Positions 27,451-37,637 of a stretch of 64,000 nucleotides of DNA are shown here, one piece after another (the stretch's first letter is position 1; each line of letters begins with the position of its first letter). The position numbers were made by a program, and so were the translations under genes. Below the pieces are notes generated by a model. It made no database searches. It was not told the origin of the DNA and saw nothing but the letters and a program-made list of their open reading frames with translations. The DNA is taken from NCBI GenBank assembly GCA_964410025.1, contig CAYPFA010000002.1:15653-79652 (forward strand), given 5' to 3'. The DNA is from Candidatus Woesearchaeota archaeon (GTDB lineage: Archaea; Nanobdellota; Nanobdellia; Pacearchaeales; GW2011-AR1).

Positions 27451-28086
27451 ATGGAAACGCAAAAATTTCTTAAAGAAGCAAGTATAATATTTATTGCAAC
27501 TTTAGTAATTGCACTATCTTTCACCTATCCTACAAGAAATTTTTCCACTCTATTAATATTTTTTACATCCTTTTTAATAATAATAACTGCTAACTTTGCA
27601 GCTAAAAAGTTTTTTGCCTACAATCTTGAAACAAATGTAGATCTAAATTTGTGGTCGATAAATCACTTCGGACTTGCAAAAAGCGCACACTTCAATAAAC
27701 CCTTACCAATGTTATGGCTACCAATTTTAACATCCCTAATTAGTCTTGGAAAATTTATTTGGATTCCTATTATTGAATTTGACGTTTCTCCAAGACCTGA
27801 AAGAATCTCCAGAAGACATGGTCTTTATAGATATACAGAAGTAACCGAATGGCATCTTGCATTAATTGCGGCTGCCGGAATTTTCATAAACATTGTTTTA
27901 GCAATTATCGCCTACTTCGCAGGATTTGAACAATTCACAAAATTAAGCGTTATGTTTGCATTCTGGAATCTACTTCCAGTAAGTAGACTAGACGGTTCAA
28001 AAATATTCTTCGGAAGTAAAAACCTTTGGTTTGCATTGGTTCTAATCGTCGGAGCATTCCTTATCTGGGGCCTAAGTATAAATTAA
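27451..28086 (+). CDS. M50 (site-2 protease)-like membrane protein lacking the HExxH motif
   Basis: The conserved NLLPVSRLDG motif is present. No HExxH occurs anywhere in the 211 aa. Confidence 0.55.
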   Translation: METQKFLKEASIIFIATLVIALSFTYPTRNFSTLLIFFTSFLIIITANFAAKKFFAYNLETNVDLNLWSINHFGLAKSAHFNKPLPMLWLPILTSLISLGKFIWIPIIEFDVSPRPERISRRHGLYRYTEVTEWHLALIAAAGIFINIVLAIIAYFAGFEQFTKLSVMFAFWNLLPVSRLDGSKIFFGSKNLWFALVLIVGAFLIWGLSIN

Positions 28087-28169
28087 AATAAAGGAAAAAT
28101 AAACGATTTCCTAAAAATCTCGGCCACCTACCCCAAAACTCTTTAAACTAATTCAAGCTTTTCTATTTT

Positions 28170-29717
28170 ATGCAACCAATAAAACTAACTCCTCGTGAAT
28201 ATCAAAAGGCAATTCTAGAATCCTGTAAAAAAGAATCCTGCATAGTCATTCTCCCAACCGGAACCGGAAAAACTCTTGTCGCGCTTATGCTCGCTTATGA
28301 AAAATTTATAGAAAATCCTTTAAAAAAAGTTTTATTCCTCGCGCCAACTCGTCCTCTAATCGAACAACACATTTCTTATTTTAACAAAAATCTTCCAGAA
28401 GGTTTTGCTCAAATAGATTTATTCACAGGAAAAACACCCGCACCCCAAAGAAAAAAAATATGGCAAACGGCTGAATTTATTTTTTCAACCCCCCAATGTA
28501 TTGGCAACGATCTAAAGCACAATTTATATGACTTATCCGACGTTTGTCTAATTATTTTTGACGAATGCCATAGATGCCTAAAAAATTATGCATATAACTT
28601 CGTAGCACAAAAATACAAAGAACAAGCCCTAAAGCCCTTAGTGCTTGGACTAACAGCCTCTCCAGGAAGCGACAGGAAAACAATTCAAAAAGTCTGCGAT
28701 AATCTTGGAGTTTCTAAAGTAGAAATAAGAACCCGAGACTCCGAAGACGTAAAACCCTACCTACAAGAACTTGATTTTGAAAAAGTTGACATAGAATTCC
28801 CCATTGAGTTTGAGGAAATTCGACAACTGATGCGAGATGTTTATAACGACAAAATAGACGAATTAAAATCAAAAAAATTATTATTTGGGCCAGCATCAAA
28901 AACCGCTCTATTTGAATTACAAAAAAGAATGTTCGCCAATTTAAGCGGCGAAGAAAAAAATCCGCTTTATTATTCGGGAATTTCAATTTGCTCTCAGGCA
29001 ATAAAAATCAGCCACTCAATCGAACTTTTAGAAACCCAAACACTTGCTTCTTTTACAAATTATCTAAAAGAACTTTTCAAACAAGCTGCCGAAAAAAAAT
29101 CGCGAGGTGTTCAATCGTTGGTTCACGATTTAAGATTCGCGAAGGCATACACTCTCGCAACAACTCTAGACCTGGAGCATCCAAAGCTTGCGAAACTAAA
29201 AGAAATTATCGATGGTGCTATAATCGATAACGAAAAGGCAAAAATAATCGTCTTTGTACAATTTAGAGAAACCGCAGTAAAAATTTCACACGAACTTTCA
29301 AAAAACGAAAAAATAAAGGTAGGAATATTTGTCGGTCAGGCAAAGAAAGAACATGAGGGTGGAAAGTCCTCTACTGGATTAAAACAAAATGAGCAGAAAG
29401 AAATGATAAAAAAATTCTCAGCTGGAGAGATAAATGTTTTATGTGCAACCTCTATCGCCGAAGAAGGCCTAGATATTCCAGAAGTTAATGAAGTTATTTT
29501 TTATGAACCAGTTCCCTCAGCAATTAGAAAGATTCAGAGAGCAGGAAGAACCGCAAGATTATTCCCTGGAAAATTAAAAATCCTCGTCACCAGAAATACA
29601 AGAGACCAAATATATCATTACGCTTCACAGGCAAAAGAAAAAAGAATGCATCAGGCAATTCAAGATATGAAAGACGAAAAAGAAGAAGAAAGTCAAGGAC
29701 AAAAAAAATTATTTTAA
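28170..29717 (+). CDS. hef: Hef/FANCM-type SF2 helicase (helicase part only)
   Basis: LPTGTGKT, FDECH, QRAGRTAR; 515 aa with no nuclease domain. Confidence 0.75.
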   Translation: MQPIKLTPREYQKAILESCKKESCIVILPTGTGKTLVALMLAYEKFIENPLKKVLFLAPTRPLIEQHISYFNKNLPEGFAQIDLFTGKTPAPQRKKIWQTAEFIFSTPQCIGNDLKHNLYDLSDVCLIIFDECHRCLKNYAYNFVAQKYKEQALKPLVLGLTASPGSDRKTIQKVCDNLGVSKVEIRTRDSEDVKPYLQELDFEKVDIEFPIEFEEIRQLMRDVYNDKIDELKSKKLLFGPASKTALFELQKRMFANLSGEEKNPLYYSGISICSQAIKISHSIELLETQTLASFTNYLKELFKQAAEKKSRGVQSLVHDLRFAKAYTLATTLDLEHPKLAKLKEIIDGAIIDNEKAKIIVFVQFRETAVKISHELSKNEKIKVGIFVGQAKKEHEGGKSSTGLKQNEQKEMIKKFSAGEINVLCATSIAEEGLDIPEVNEVIFYEPVPSAIRKIQRAGRTARLFPGKLKILVTRNTRDQIYHYASQAKEKRMHQAIQDMKDEKEEESQGQKKLF

Positions 29718-29767
29718 AAAAAATAAAAGAAGAATAAATAATTTATGATTCTCAAAACGCGACATGG

Positions 29768-29880
29768 TCACTCACAACCCCGTGCGAGTAGCACGGAAAT
29801 AATCAAATTGATTTCACAGAACAAAAGTCAAAAGTGAAATCAACAACTTCCAACAAAAAAACTTTCCTCCTGGTATAAAT
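29768..29880 (+). repeat. bipartite-hairpin intergenic element, copy 9
   Basis: TCACTCACAACC; hairpin 1 CCGTGC-GAGTA-GCACGG (29780-29796); hairpin 2 TTGATTTCAC/GTGAAATCAA (29808-29843); CAACTTCCAACAAAAAAACTTTCCTCCTGGTATAAAT. Confidence 0.9.
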
Positions 29881-29908
29881 AAAAAAAATAAAAATAAAAT
29901 TTGTTTTA

Positions 29909-30139
29909 TTACTTTTTCTTAACAACAACTGTATTCCCCTCTTTTCTAAAGGATAAAATTACAGCAACTATCGCCAAAAAAATCACAGCAATTTGCTGGC
30001 CAACACTTCCTAAAATTAACAAAGAATATTCTCCTGCCAATAAAAATAGGTTTGGAATAACAGCTATAGTTTCAAGGACAACGAGAATCAAAGCAATCAC
30101 ACTCAGCCACTTTGCCCATTTAATCGCACTCATATACAC
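29909..30139 (-). CDS. small membrane protein (76 aa)
   Basis: Two to three hydrophobic segments. Preferred over the overlapping plus-strand ORF 29901-30176. Confidence 0.45.
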   Translation of the reverse strand: MYMSAIKWAKWLSVIALILVVLETIAVIPNLFLLAGEYSLLILGSVGQQIAVIFLAIVAVILSFRKEGNTVVVKKK

Positions 30140-30253
30140 ACCTCCATTAAAACTACCAAATTATTATTCTTTTTAAATTCTCTCAATCTATCTTATTCAA
30201 AGCATATATTCAACCACAACGTTCTTTATAAAAGATTTAATCAACGAAAGAAC

Positions 30254-31303
30254 ATGGCTACGGACGTTATTACTGGAGGACAGGGCGGTGATGAGGGTAA
30301 GGGAAAAATATGCGCATACCTCGCCAAAGAAAAAAAATATTCTATATGTATTCGAGTTCCTTCGCCTCAGGCTGGCCATTCAATTCATTACAACGGAAAA
30401 AGAATAGGTCTCGCGCTACTTTCATGCGGAGTAGTTAATCCTTCTTCGAGAATCTTCATCGGCGCAGGCGGACTAATATCACTTGAAAAATTAGCATCTG
30501 AACTCTCACAACTACCAGGATTACTAGAAGATGCAAGACTCGGAATCGACTACCGTGCAACAATCGTAACCCCAGAGCACAAAGAAAAAGAAAAATCCAA
30601 CGAATATTTAATGAAAAATGTGGGAAGCGTAGGAACGGGAGTAAGCCAGTGTAGAATAGAAAAAATACTAAGAGATCCAAATTTAAAATTTGCAAGAGAC
30701 ATCCCAGAACTAAAGCCATTCTTAGTAGATACAAAAAAAGAAATTTTTGAAGCGCTAGAAAGAGGAGAACATATATTATTGGAAGGAGATCATGGAGCAA
30801 AATTAGATTTAATTCACGGCGAATATCCCATGGTAACCACAAGAGCTGTTAATGCTGCCGGATTTTTATCCGAAGCGGGAATTGGTCCGAAATCAGTCGG
30901 AGATATATACATTGTTCTAAAACCATACACTACTAGAGTCGCTGCAGGTCCAATGCAAGGAGAAATTTTTGATGAAAAAATTTTAGAGTGGGGACATAAT
31001 GTTGGCGGAGAAACTGGAACAGTAAGTAAAAGACTAAGAAGAATGAGCAATTTTGAATGGGAAAATGTTCAAGAAGTAATACGAATGAACTCTGCAACAA
31101 AACTCGTCTTCACTCACATGGATGCACCCGAGTACGTTTGGAATGCACTTGGATACAAAGGCGATATGGATTTCCTCGCAAACGTAGATAAAAAATTATG
31201 CCAAAAATGGCCCTTTCCACAAATATCACTTCTATCATATGGTCCAGAAGAAAAACACGTAATTACTTATACTGAATATCTAGACGGATTTCTAAAAAAA
31301 TAA
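30254..31303 (+). CDS. purA: adenylosuccinate synthetase (short archaeal form)
   Basis: GGQGGDEGKGKI P-loop signature; 349 aa. Confidence 0.8.
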   Translation: MATDVITGGQGGDEGKGKICAYLAKEKKYSICIRVPSPQAGHSIHYNGKRIGLALLSCGVVNPSSRIFIGAGGLISLEKLASELSQLPGLLEDARLGIDYRATIVTPEHKEKEKSNEYLMKNVGSVGTGVSQCRIEKILRDPNLKFARDIPELKPFLVDTKKEIFEALERGEHILLEGDHGAKLDLIHGEYPMVTTRAVNAAGFLSEAGIGPKSVGDIYIVLKPYTTRVAAGPMQGEIFDEKILEWGHNVGGETGTVSKRLRRMSNFEWENVQEVIRMNSATKLVFTHMDAPEYVWNALGYKGDMDFLANVDKKLCQKWPFPQISLLSYGPEEKHVITYTEYLDGFLKK

Positions 31304-31304
31304 A

Positions 31305-32663
31305 ATGACAAAAAAAGTTGTTATAGTTGGCGCAGGACCTGCAGGATTATTTGCAGCTAAACAATTGGCAGGCAAATTAGATGTAGTTATTTATGACAAA
31401 GGCAAAGAAGCTGACCAAAGATCTTGTCCAAAAAACACCAACAAAAGAGGCGAATGTGTTCATTGTAAACCCTGTCAAGTAACGCATGGAATTGGTGGAG
31501 CTGGACTCACAACTGATGGAAAATTAATGTATGACATTAGAATTGGAGATAATTTAAATGAAATCACCACTCCAGTAAAAAATCAACAAGTAATGGATAT
31601 TGTAGAAATGGGTTTCGCTGAATATGGAGTTAAAACTGCCGTAGGAGATTTGGAAAAAATAGAACGTTTACAAAAAAAAGCATTACAAAACCGAGTAGAC
31701 TTTATCTACCCCAGACAAGCACATATTGGCTCAAATAATTTACCCACATTAATTCAAAAATTTAAACAAGATCTAGAAATTAAGGGAGTTGAATTCAGAA
31801 CATCTACAGAAATTAATGCACTTGAAGAAATTTGCAAGAATGGCGACATTGTATTGCTTGCACCCGGGAGAGTCGGAGGGGGAGAAGATTGGTTAGAAAA
31901 TATTCTAAGAAAAAAAGGTGTTCAAATTGACTATCGCCCTGTAGACATTGGAACACGAATAGAAACTGATAGCATTGTTACAAAAGATATTACTGATATA
32001 ACCAGAGATATGAAATTTTATATGACCACTGATAAATATCAAACAAGGGTAAGAACTTTCTGCACTTGCCCGAATGGATTTGTAGCACAAGAAACCTATA
32101 ATGGATTTGTAACAGTAAATGGACACGCCGAATCTCTAGAAACTGGAAAACAATCTCAAAACACAAACTTTTCACTCTTAGTTACAGTACCATTAACTCA
32201 ACCACAATCCAACTCCAATGAAAATGCTAGAAAACTCGGAGAATACATTTATAATTTGGGCGGAGGAAAAATAATCGCACAAAGATATGGAGACTTAAAA
32301 AGAAACAGAAGAAGCAAGGAAGACAAACAATCTCAATATTTTCTTCAACCAACACTTAAAGATTTTACCTGGGGAAGTTTGTATTTTTTACCAGAAATTT
32401 ACCATTCCGGAATTCATGAAGGAATACAAAGACTCGACGGAATTATGCCCGGACTTGCCAATGATTCAACCATTCTCTATGTTCCAGAAATAAAATTCCA
32501 CGGATTAAAAATTCCCACAAATGATCACCTTAGAGTAATTAGTAAAGACAATCATCCTGTTTATGTTGCGGGAGACGGCTCTGGTTTTTCAAGAGGAATT
32601 GTTGGTGCCGCAGCCTGTGGAGTTTTAGCTGCCGAAGGCATAATGCAAGAATTGAATTTGTAA
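31305..32663 (+). CDS. FAD-dependent oxidoreductase (COG2509-like uncharacterised dehydrogenase)
   Basis: VVIVGAGPAGLFAA dinucleotide-binding motif; C-terminal AGDGSGFSRGI. Confidence 0.7.
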   Translation: MTKKVVIVGAGPAGLFAAKQLAGKLDVVIYDKGKEADQRSCPKNTNKRGECVHCKPCQVTHGIGGAGLTTDGKLMYDIRIGDNLNEITTPVKNQQVMDIVEMGFAEYGVKTAVGDLEKIERLQKKALQNRVDFIYPRQAHIGSNNLPTLIQKFKQDLEIKGVEFRTSTEINALEEICKNGDIVLLAPGRVGGGEDWLENILRKKGVQIDYRPVDIGTRIETDSIVTKDITDITRDMKFYMTTDKYQTRVRTFCTCPNGFVAQETYNGFVTVNGHAESLETGKQSQNTNFSLLVTVPLTQPQSNSNENARKLGEYIYNLGGGKIIAQRYGDLKRNRRSKEDKQSQYFLQPTLKDFTWGSLYFLPEIYHSGIHEGIQRLDGIMPGLANDSTILYVPEIKFHGLKIPTNDHLRVISKDNHPVYVAGDGSGFSRGIVGAAACGVLAAEGIMQELNL

Positions 32664-32756
32664 AAATAAAACAACAAATAAACAATTTCTAATAAAAAAA
32701 CCTTCATCCTATAATCTCCAAAAGCAAAAATATTTATCTTAAACAAAGTTCATCAT

Positions 32757-32860
32757 CACTCACAACTCGAGTGCGAAGCACTCGTATAACATAATTGATT
32801 TTTCGAAAACAAAATTCAAAAGAAAAATCAATAATTCTCTAAAAACTCCGGTCGCCCAAT
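32757..32860 (+). repeat. bipartite-hairpin intergenic element, copy 10
   Basis: TCACTCACAACT; hairpin 1 CGAGTGC-GAA-GCACTCG (32768-32784); hairpin 2 TTGATTTTT/AAAAATCAA (32795-32831) with the same loop as copy 8; ends in ATATTTAAAAA about 32 nt before ATG 32891. Confidence 0.9.
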
Positions 32861-32890
32861 ATTTAAAAACATCTATCCCCTAGACATTTT

Positions 32891-33577
32891 ATGCCCAAAC
32901 CCATTGAAAATATTTTTTCAACAAAACCGGAACCTCTGCCAGGGCCACCAAATAAATTTCCAATTATCATCGATACTCGTGAAAAACAATCCCTAGTTTT
33001 TTCCTTTCTCGTTGGCAAAAATGCAAACGCCAAATTTGAAAAATTAGATATTGGAGACTATTTAATTGGAGAAACTATCATAGAAAGAAAGACTTCTTCC
33101 GATTTTCAATCAAGCATCTTAGATAAACGACTCCTAAATCAGCTTACCGAAATGAAAAAATACCCTCATCAACTTCTCATAATAGAAAAATATCAAAATT
33201 TATTTTTAGACACAAAAATTCATGAAAATGCAATCCGGGGAATGATATATGCCATATTATTTGATTTTCAAATTCCAATTATATTCACAGAAAATGAAGA
33301 AGACACCGCAAAAAACCTAATTTCAATCGCAAAAAGACTAGAAAAAGAAAAAAAAGATCTTTCTCTAAGATTCAAAAAAACAGAAATGACTTTCGAAGAG
33401 CAAAAGCAATTTATTTTAGAAGGATTTCCGGGAGTTGGACCAACAACATCCAAAAAACTACTTGAAAAATATAAAACACTCAATAAAATATTTTCTCAAA
33501 CACAAAAAGAATTAGAAAAAATAGGGTCCATAGACGAAAAAAAAGCAGAAAATTTTAAAAAATTATTGGAAAAATAA
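32891..33577 (+). CDS. xpf: ERCC4/XPF-type structure-specific nuclease with C-terminal (HhH)2
   Basis: IIIDTREKQS, GDYLIGETIIERKTSSDF, GFPGVGPTTSKKLLEKY. Confidence 0.85.
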   Translation: MPKPIENIFSTKPEPLPGPPNKFPIIIDTREKQSLVFSFLVGKNANAKFEKLDIGDYLIGETIIERKTSSDFQSSILDKRLLNQLTEMKKYPHQLLIIEKYQNLFLDTKIHENAIRGMIYAILFDFQIPIIFTENEEDTAKNLISIAKRLEKEKKDLSLRFKKTEMTFEEQKQFILEGFPGVGPTTSKKLLEKYKTLNKIFSQTQKELEKIGSIDEKKAENFKKLLEK

Positions 33578-34768
33578 TTAAGGACTTAAAACTGCAGACG
33601 CAAATCCATCTAGTTTAGAAATCTTTCTAACTTCTTCCAAGCCAACAGCTCTTACGTTTTTTTCATACTCATAATATTTCTCTGCAGAAAAATTAACCTC
33701 TTCAGCAACTAATTCATTTGCGCTCTCTTCACTAGCCTCAGCACCAATTCTAAAATTTCCAATCAATTGCTCTTTAGCATCATCTAATTCTTGTTGAGTA
33801 ATCTCTCCCATTTTTTTAAATTCCTCTATGCAAACCTGTTTTGCCTGCTCTAGATTTTTCTTATCACAGCCAAGATAAATCATTAAATAGCCAAACTCTT
33901 TTCCACTATCAACATCTGATTTAACCGCATAAACCAAACCTCTTTTTTCTCTAACTTCGGAAAATAATTTGCTAGACATACCCTCTCCCAATATTGCATT
34001 AAAAACATCAACTGCATATCTTTCCTTCTCGCTAAACGGCACATGTATTCCTATAGCCATGTTTGCCTGCTCTATTCCTGGTCTTTTTTCAGAAAAATCC
34101 TTTACCTGTGTTTCAGGCTTTTCTAATTTTACCTTAACCCTAATTCTACTTCCACAAAATTTTTCAGCCAATTCTACAATTTCATCCGTAGAATTATTTC
34201 CAACCACACAGAGTATAGAATTACCTGGAGAATACATTTCATCATGCTTTTTCAAAAGAAAATCTCGATCAAATCCAAGCACATTTTTTTCAGAACCAGC
34301 TATGGATAATCCAAATGGTTTTTTATAAAGCAACTCCTTCAATTTAGTCAACACAAACATCCTCGGATGATCCTTATACATCTTAATTTCCTCACATACA
34401 ACCTTAGCCTCTTTTTTTATTTCATCTTCAGAAAAAACCGAATTAAAATACATATCAAACAAAACTTCCATTGCTTTACCCAAATGCTCCGAAGGAAGCT
34501 TTACATGAAAATTAGTAACCTCTTCACCGGTATATGCGTTAAGAATTCCTCCAAGTTTTTCAACATCAGAAGAAATCTGTTTCGCATTTCTTTTTTTGGT
34601 GCCCTTAAAACACATATGTTCTAAAAAATGAGCAATACCTTTTTCTTTTTCAGATTCATAAGCAGATCCAAACCTCGAAGCCAACATAACCGTTGTAACA
34701 GCTAGCTCTCTTTTTTCATGCAAAATGATTAATCCATTTTTTAACTTCACTCTTTTAAACTCTACCAT
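33578..34768 (-). CDS. M16-family (pitrilysin/insulinase-like) zinc peptidase
   Basis: HFLEHMCFKGT (HxxEH). Confidence 0.85.
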   Translation of the reverse strand: MVEFKRVKLKNGLIILHEKRELAVTTVMLASRFGSAYESEKEKGIAHFLEHMCFKGTKKRNAKQISSDVEKLGGILNAYTGEEVTNFHVKLPSEHLGKAMEVLFDMYFNSVFSEDEIKKEAKVVCEEIKMYKDHPRMFVLTKLKELLYKKPFGLSIAGSEKNVLGFDRDFLLKKHDEMYSPGNSILCVVGNNSTDEIVELAEKFCGSRIRVKVKLEKPETQVKDFSEKRPGIEQANMAIGIHVPFSEKERYAVDVFNAILGEGMSSKLFSEVREKRGLVYAVKSDVDSGKEFGYLMIYLGCDKKNLEQAKQVCIEEFKKMGEITQQELDDAKEQLIGNFRIGAEASEESANELVAEEVNFSAEKYYEYEKNVRAVGLEEVRKISKLDGFASAVLSP

Positions 34769-34832
34769 TCTTAGAAAACGAAAAAGTCTTTTTTATACCT
34801 TATGTTTTATAAAACATTTACAAATTAAAAAA

Positions 34833-35582
34833 TTATAACAATTGCCTATTTTTTCTAGCTCTAAAAACCATTTCGTTTCCAACTAAAAACTCTTCAACCT
34901 TAAAATTATCCTCTAAAAAATACCTAAGCCAATTTCTACTTGCCTCAAATTTAGTCTTACCAGAAATACTTTTCATTGGCATAGTTATCACAATCAAATC
35001 CTTTTCTCCCAATGTTTCATTTATCGCTAATAATAACTTCTTAGAAGAATTTTTTTCAAACCCCTCTAACGCATCCAGCACCTGCAATAATAAAATAACA
35101 CGCGGAGAATGCTGCGATATTATAATCTGTTTCATCTTTTCACTATTAAAAACATCTTCACAAATAGCTTTCGCATTAAACTCGTTTTCTTTAAAATATT
35201 CATTCATATTTCCAACCACCTGGCCAACTGCTTCAACGCCAATATAACTAACGCTTCCTAAAACCTCTTCCAAATACTTATAAGAAAACCCATTCACGCC
35301 ACATCCAATATCAACAACTGACTCAAACTCGTTTGTTCCATCAAAAATATTCTGATAAAAACTAGAATAACCTCTATCTTTGGAAGAAATATGACTTCTC
35401 AAAACCTCTTCATTTTTAATTTTTAAAACCTTATTCGTTAAAAAAACACCAAAATATTTTCTTAGCAAAGCACGAGAAGCCTTCACGTCTCCTTTCGCAA
35501 TCTTTGCCACTCTTTCCACAACCGAATCTGGAAGCTTAGAAAACTCGCCTTTCTTTTTTATTTCTAAAATTATTTCATTCAT
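34833..35582 (-). CDS. class I SAM-dependent methyltransferase
   Basis: Motif I VVDIGCGVNGFS. Overlaps the upstream dph6-like gene by 8 nt. Confidence 0.6.
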   Translation of the reverse strand: MNEIILEIKKKGEFSKLPDSVVERVAKIAKGDVKASRALLRKYFGVFLTNKVLKIKNEEVLRSHISSKDRGYSSFYQNIFDGTNEFESVVDIGCGVNGFSYKYLEEVLGSVSYIGVEAVGQVVGNMNEYFKENEFNAKAICEDVFNSEKMKQIIISQHSPRVILLLQVLDALEGFEKNSSKKLLLAINETLGEKDLIVITMPMKSISGKTKFEASRNWLRYFLEDNFKVEEFLVGNEMVFRARKNRQLL

Positions 35583-36240
35583 TTAAAACCATTCTCCACG
35601 CATTTCCTTCTCCATTTATTTTAAACTTCGGCAAATCTAATTTTTTATTAAACAATGGACAATTAACAACCAAACTTTCAAACTCTCCGCCCTCTCCAGC
35701 CGGATGTATTTTATACTTTTCATTTAATTTTTTAAGCTCTTCAATAAATTTTAAATCTATCTTTCTTCCAATCCAAGATTTGTCCAAAGGATACGCAGCA
35801 ACACTAACAATAATGGCTTCAAATTTATTTTCAATCAACTCCTCTAATAAACTAAACTGCTTTTTCTGCCAAAGTGGATTAACACATTTTATTTTTAACT
35901 CATCACAAATTTTTTGAATTCTATCTGCCTGATACACGCTCCCCACGGCTCCAGTAATTATTCCTTCAATTTTATATTTCTTAACAGCCTCCCTAATAAT
36001 TCTTTTTAAATCAACAAGCTCTATTTCTTTTTCTCCTTTTGTTGTTCCTAGAACCATAGGCAAACCCATAAGCTCTGCTTGCCTTTTAGTCAATTCAATC
36101 GCAGGAGTATGAAACATATAACTGTCTTCATTTTCACTAAAAACAGAAATCAAACAAACTAATTCATTCCCTTTTTGTTTTTCCAAATATGCAGCATAGG
36201 TAGAATCCTTACCGCCAGAAAATAAAACTCCCAATTTCAT
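35575..36240 (-). CDS. dph6: diphthine-ammonia ligase (Dph6/MJ0570-like PP-loop ATPase)
   Basis: MKLGVLFSGGKDSTYA PP-loop; 221 aa. Confidence 0.8.
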   Translation of the reverse strand: MKLGVLFSGGKDSTYAAYLEKQKGNELVCLISVFSENEDSYMFHTPAIELTKRQAELMGLPMVLGTTKGEKEIELVDLKRIIREAVKKYKIEGIITGAVGSVYQADRIQKICDELKIKCVNPLWQKKQFSLLEELIENKFEAIIVSVAAYPLDKSWIGRKIDLKFIEELKKLNEKYKIHPAGEGGEFESLVVNCPLFNKKLDLPKFKINGEGNAWRMVLNE

Positions 36241-36290
36241 AATATAAATAATAAAATCAAGTTTAAAAATATCGCTTTCCTATTAATTTT

Positions 36291-37205
36291 ATGCCAGCAA
36301 ACGCTTCCCCTGAATTTTCACACGCTGAAAAGAAATTTGATATAGCTAAAAACGATGATGAAAAAATTCTCGCACTTGAGGAAATGATCAAAACCATGCC
36401 TCAACATAAATCTGCCGAATCTCTACGTTCAAATCTAAGAACTCGTTATAAAAAACTTAAAGAAAAAATGGAGACCAAGGGCAAGAAGTCTGGTGGTGGG
36501 GCAAAACCAACAATCAGAAAAGAAGAAATCCAGGCAGTAATTTGTGGATTTCCAAACACAGGAAAATCCTATTTATTCAAAAGCCTAACCGGGCAAAATA
36601 CCTTCATTTCAGATATCGCCTTCTCCACTTATCAACCGACTCCTGCAATGATGAACTTCGAAAACACTCAAACTCAAATAATAGATATGCCTCCATTTCC
36701 CAACGAAGATAAAAGTTTAATTAATAATGCAGACACTTTATTAATAACAATAAATGAACTTCCGCAAATTCAAGAATCGGAAAAATATTTACAGAGAAGC
36801 CTAGCTAAAAAAATTTATATCTTCACAAAAATAGACCTATTAAGTGAAGTAGAAAAAAGAAGACTAGATGCAAATCTAAAATCAAAATACAAAAACATAG
36901 ATTATGTATTATTCTCCAATGTTAATCATACGGGTGAAGAGCTTAAACATCTGAAACAAAAAATATTCGCAACATTCCCAGTTATTAGAGTGTTTACCAA
37001 AGAACCAAAAAAAGAATCGGGTGGAATACCTATGATAATGGAAATAGGTTCAACAACCTCCGATGTTGCAGAAAAAATATTAAAAGGCATGTCAAAAAAA
37101 CTTAAAAAAACAAAAATTTGGGGACCTTCTTCAAAATTTCCAGGTCAACTAGTAGGCAAAGACCACGTTTTAAAAGACAAAGACACTGTTGAGTTTCAGA
37201 CATAA
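36291..37205 (+). CDS. DRG/Obg-family GTP-binding protein with C-terminal TGS domain
   Basis: G1 motif GFPNTGKS; C-terminal TGS-like GQLVGKDHVLKDKDTVEF. Confidence 0.7.
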   Translation: MPANASPEFSHAEKKFDIAKNDDEKILALEEMIKTMPQHKSAESLRSNLRTRYKKLKEKMETKGKKSGGGAKPTIRKEEIQAVICGFPNTGKSYLFKSLTGQNTFISDIAFSTYQPTPAMMNFENTQTQIIDMPPFPNEDKSLINNADTLLITINELPQIQESEKYLQRSLAKKIYIFTKIDLLSEVEKRRLDANLKSKYKNIDYVLFSNVNHTGEELKHLKQKIFATFPVIRVFTKEPKKESGGIPMIMEIGSTTSDVAEKILKGMSKKLKKTKIWGPSSKFPGQLVGKDHVLKDKDTVEFQT

Positions 37206-37483
37206 TGAAAAAAGAACAACTCTTTCTAATTCTCTCATTCATCGGCATAATCATTCTTCTACTTCTTCTAAATTTCCAAAAACCAATTCTAACAGGAAAA
37301 ATTTCCTCAATAAAAATAGAAAATGATGCAACAAAAATTTACCTGGAAAACAAGCCAGAAATAATTTATATCTCAAATAAAACAAAACTAAACTTACAAA
37401 TAAACGATCAAATAAAAGCCTACGGTAAATCTTCCAAATTTCAAAACAAAACCTTTATTTTTGCAGACAAAATTACAAAATGA
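37205..37483 (+). CDS. small N-terminally anchored protein (92 aa)
   Basis: One N-terminal TM segment. ATG overlaps the previous stop. Confidence 0.5.
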   Translation: MKKEQLFLILSFIGIIILLLLLNFQKPILTGKISSIKIENDATKIYLENKPEIIYISNKTKLNLQINDQIKAYGKSSKFQNKTFIFADKITK

Positions 37484-37540
37484 AATATAAATTAGCAAAT
37501 TCAAATAAAAAATACTATATCAAAATAAGGATGCATAAGT

Positions 37541-37616
37541 GCACTCACAACTCCATGCCAAGCACGGAAGTTAAAAGAAACAAATTGAGAAGCAATTTGA
37601 CAATTCTCTTAAACTA
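37541..37616 (+). repeat. bipartite-hairpin intergenic element, copy 11
   Basis: GCACTCACAACT; hairpin 1 CCATGC-CAA-GCACGG (37553-37567, one mismatch); hairpin 2 CAAATTG-AGAAG-CAATTTG (37581-37599); ACAATTCTCTTAAACT about 25 nt before ATG 37638. Confidence 0.8.
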
Positions 37617-37637
37617 CTGGTTGCCACTTGCAAAAAG

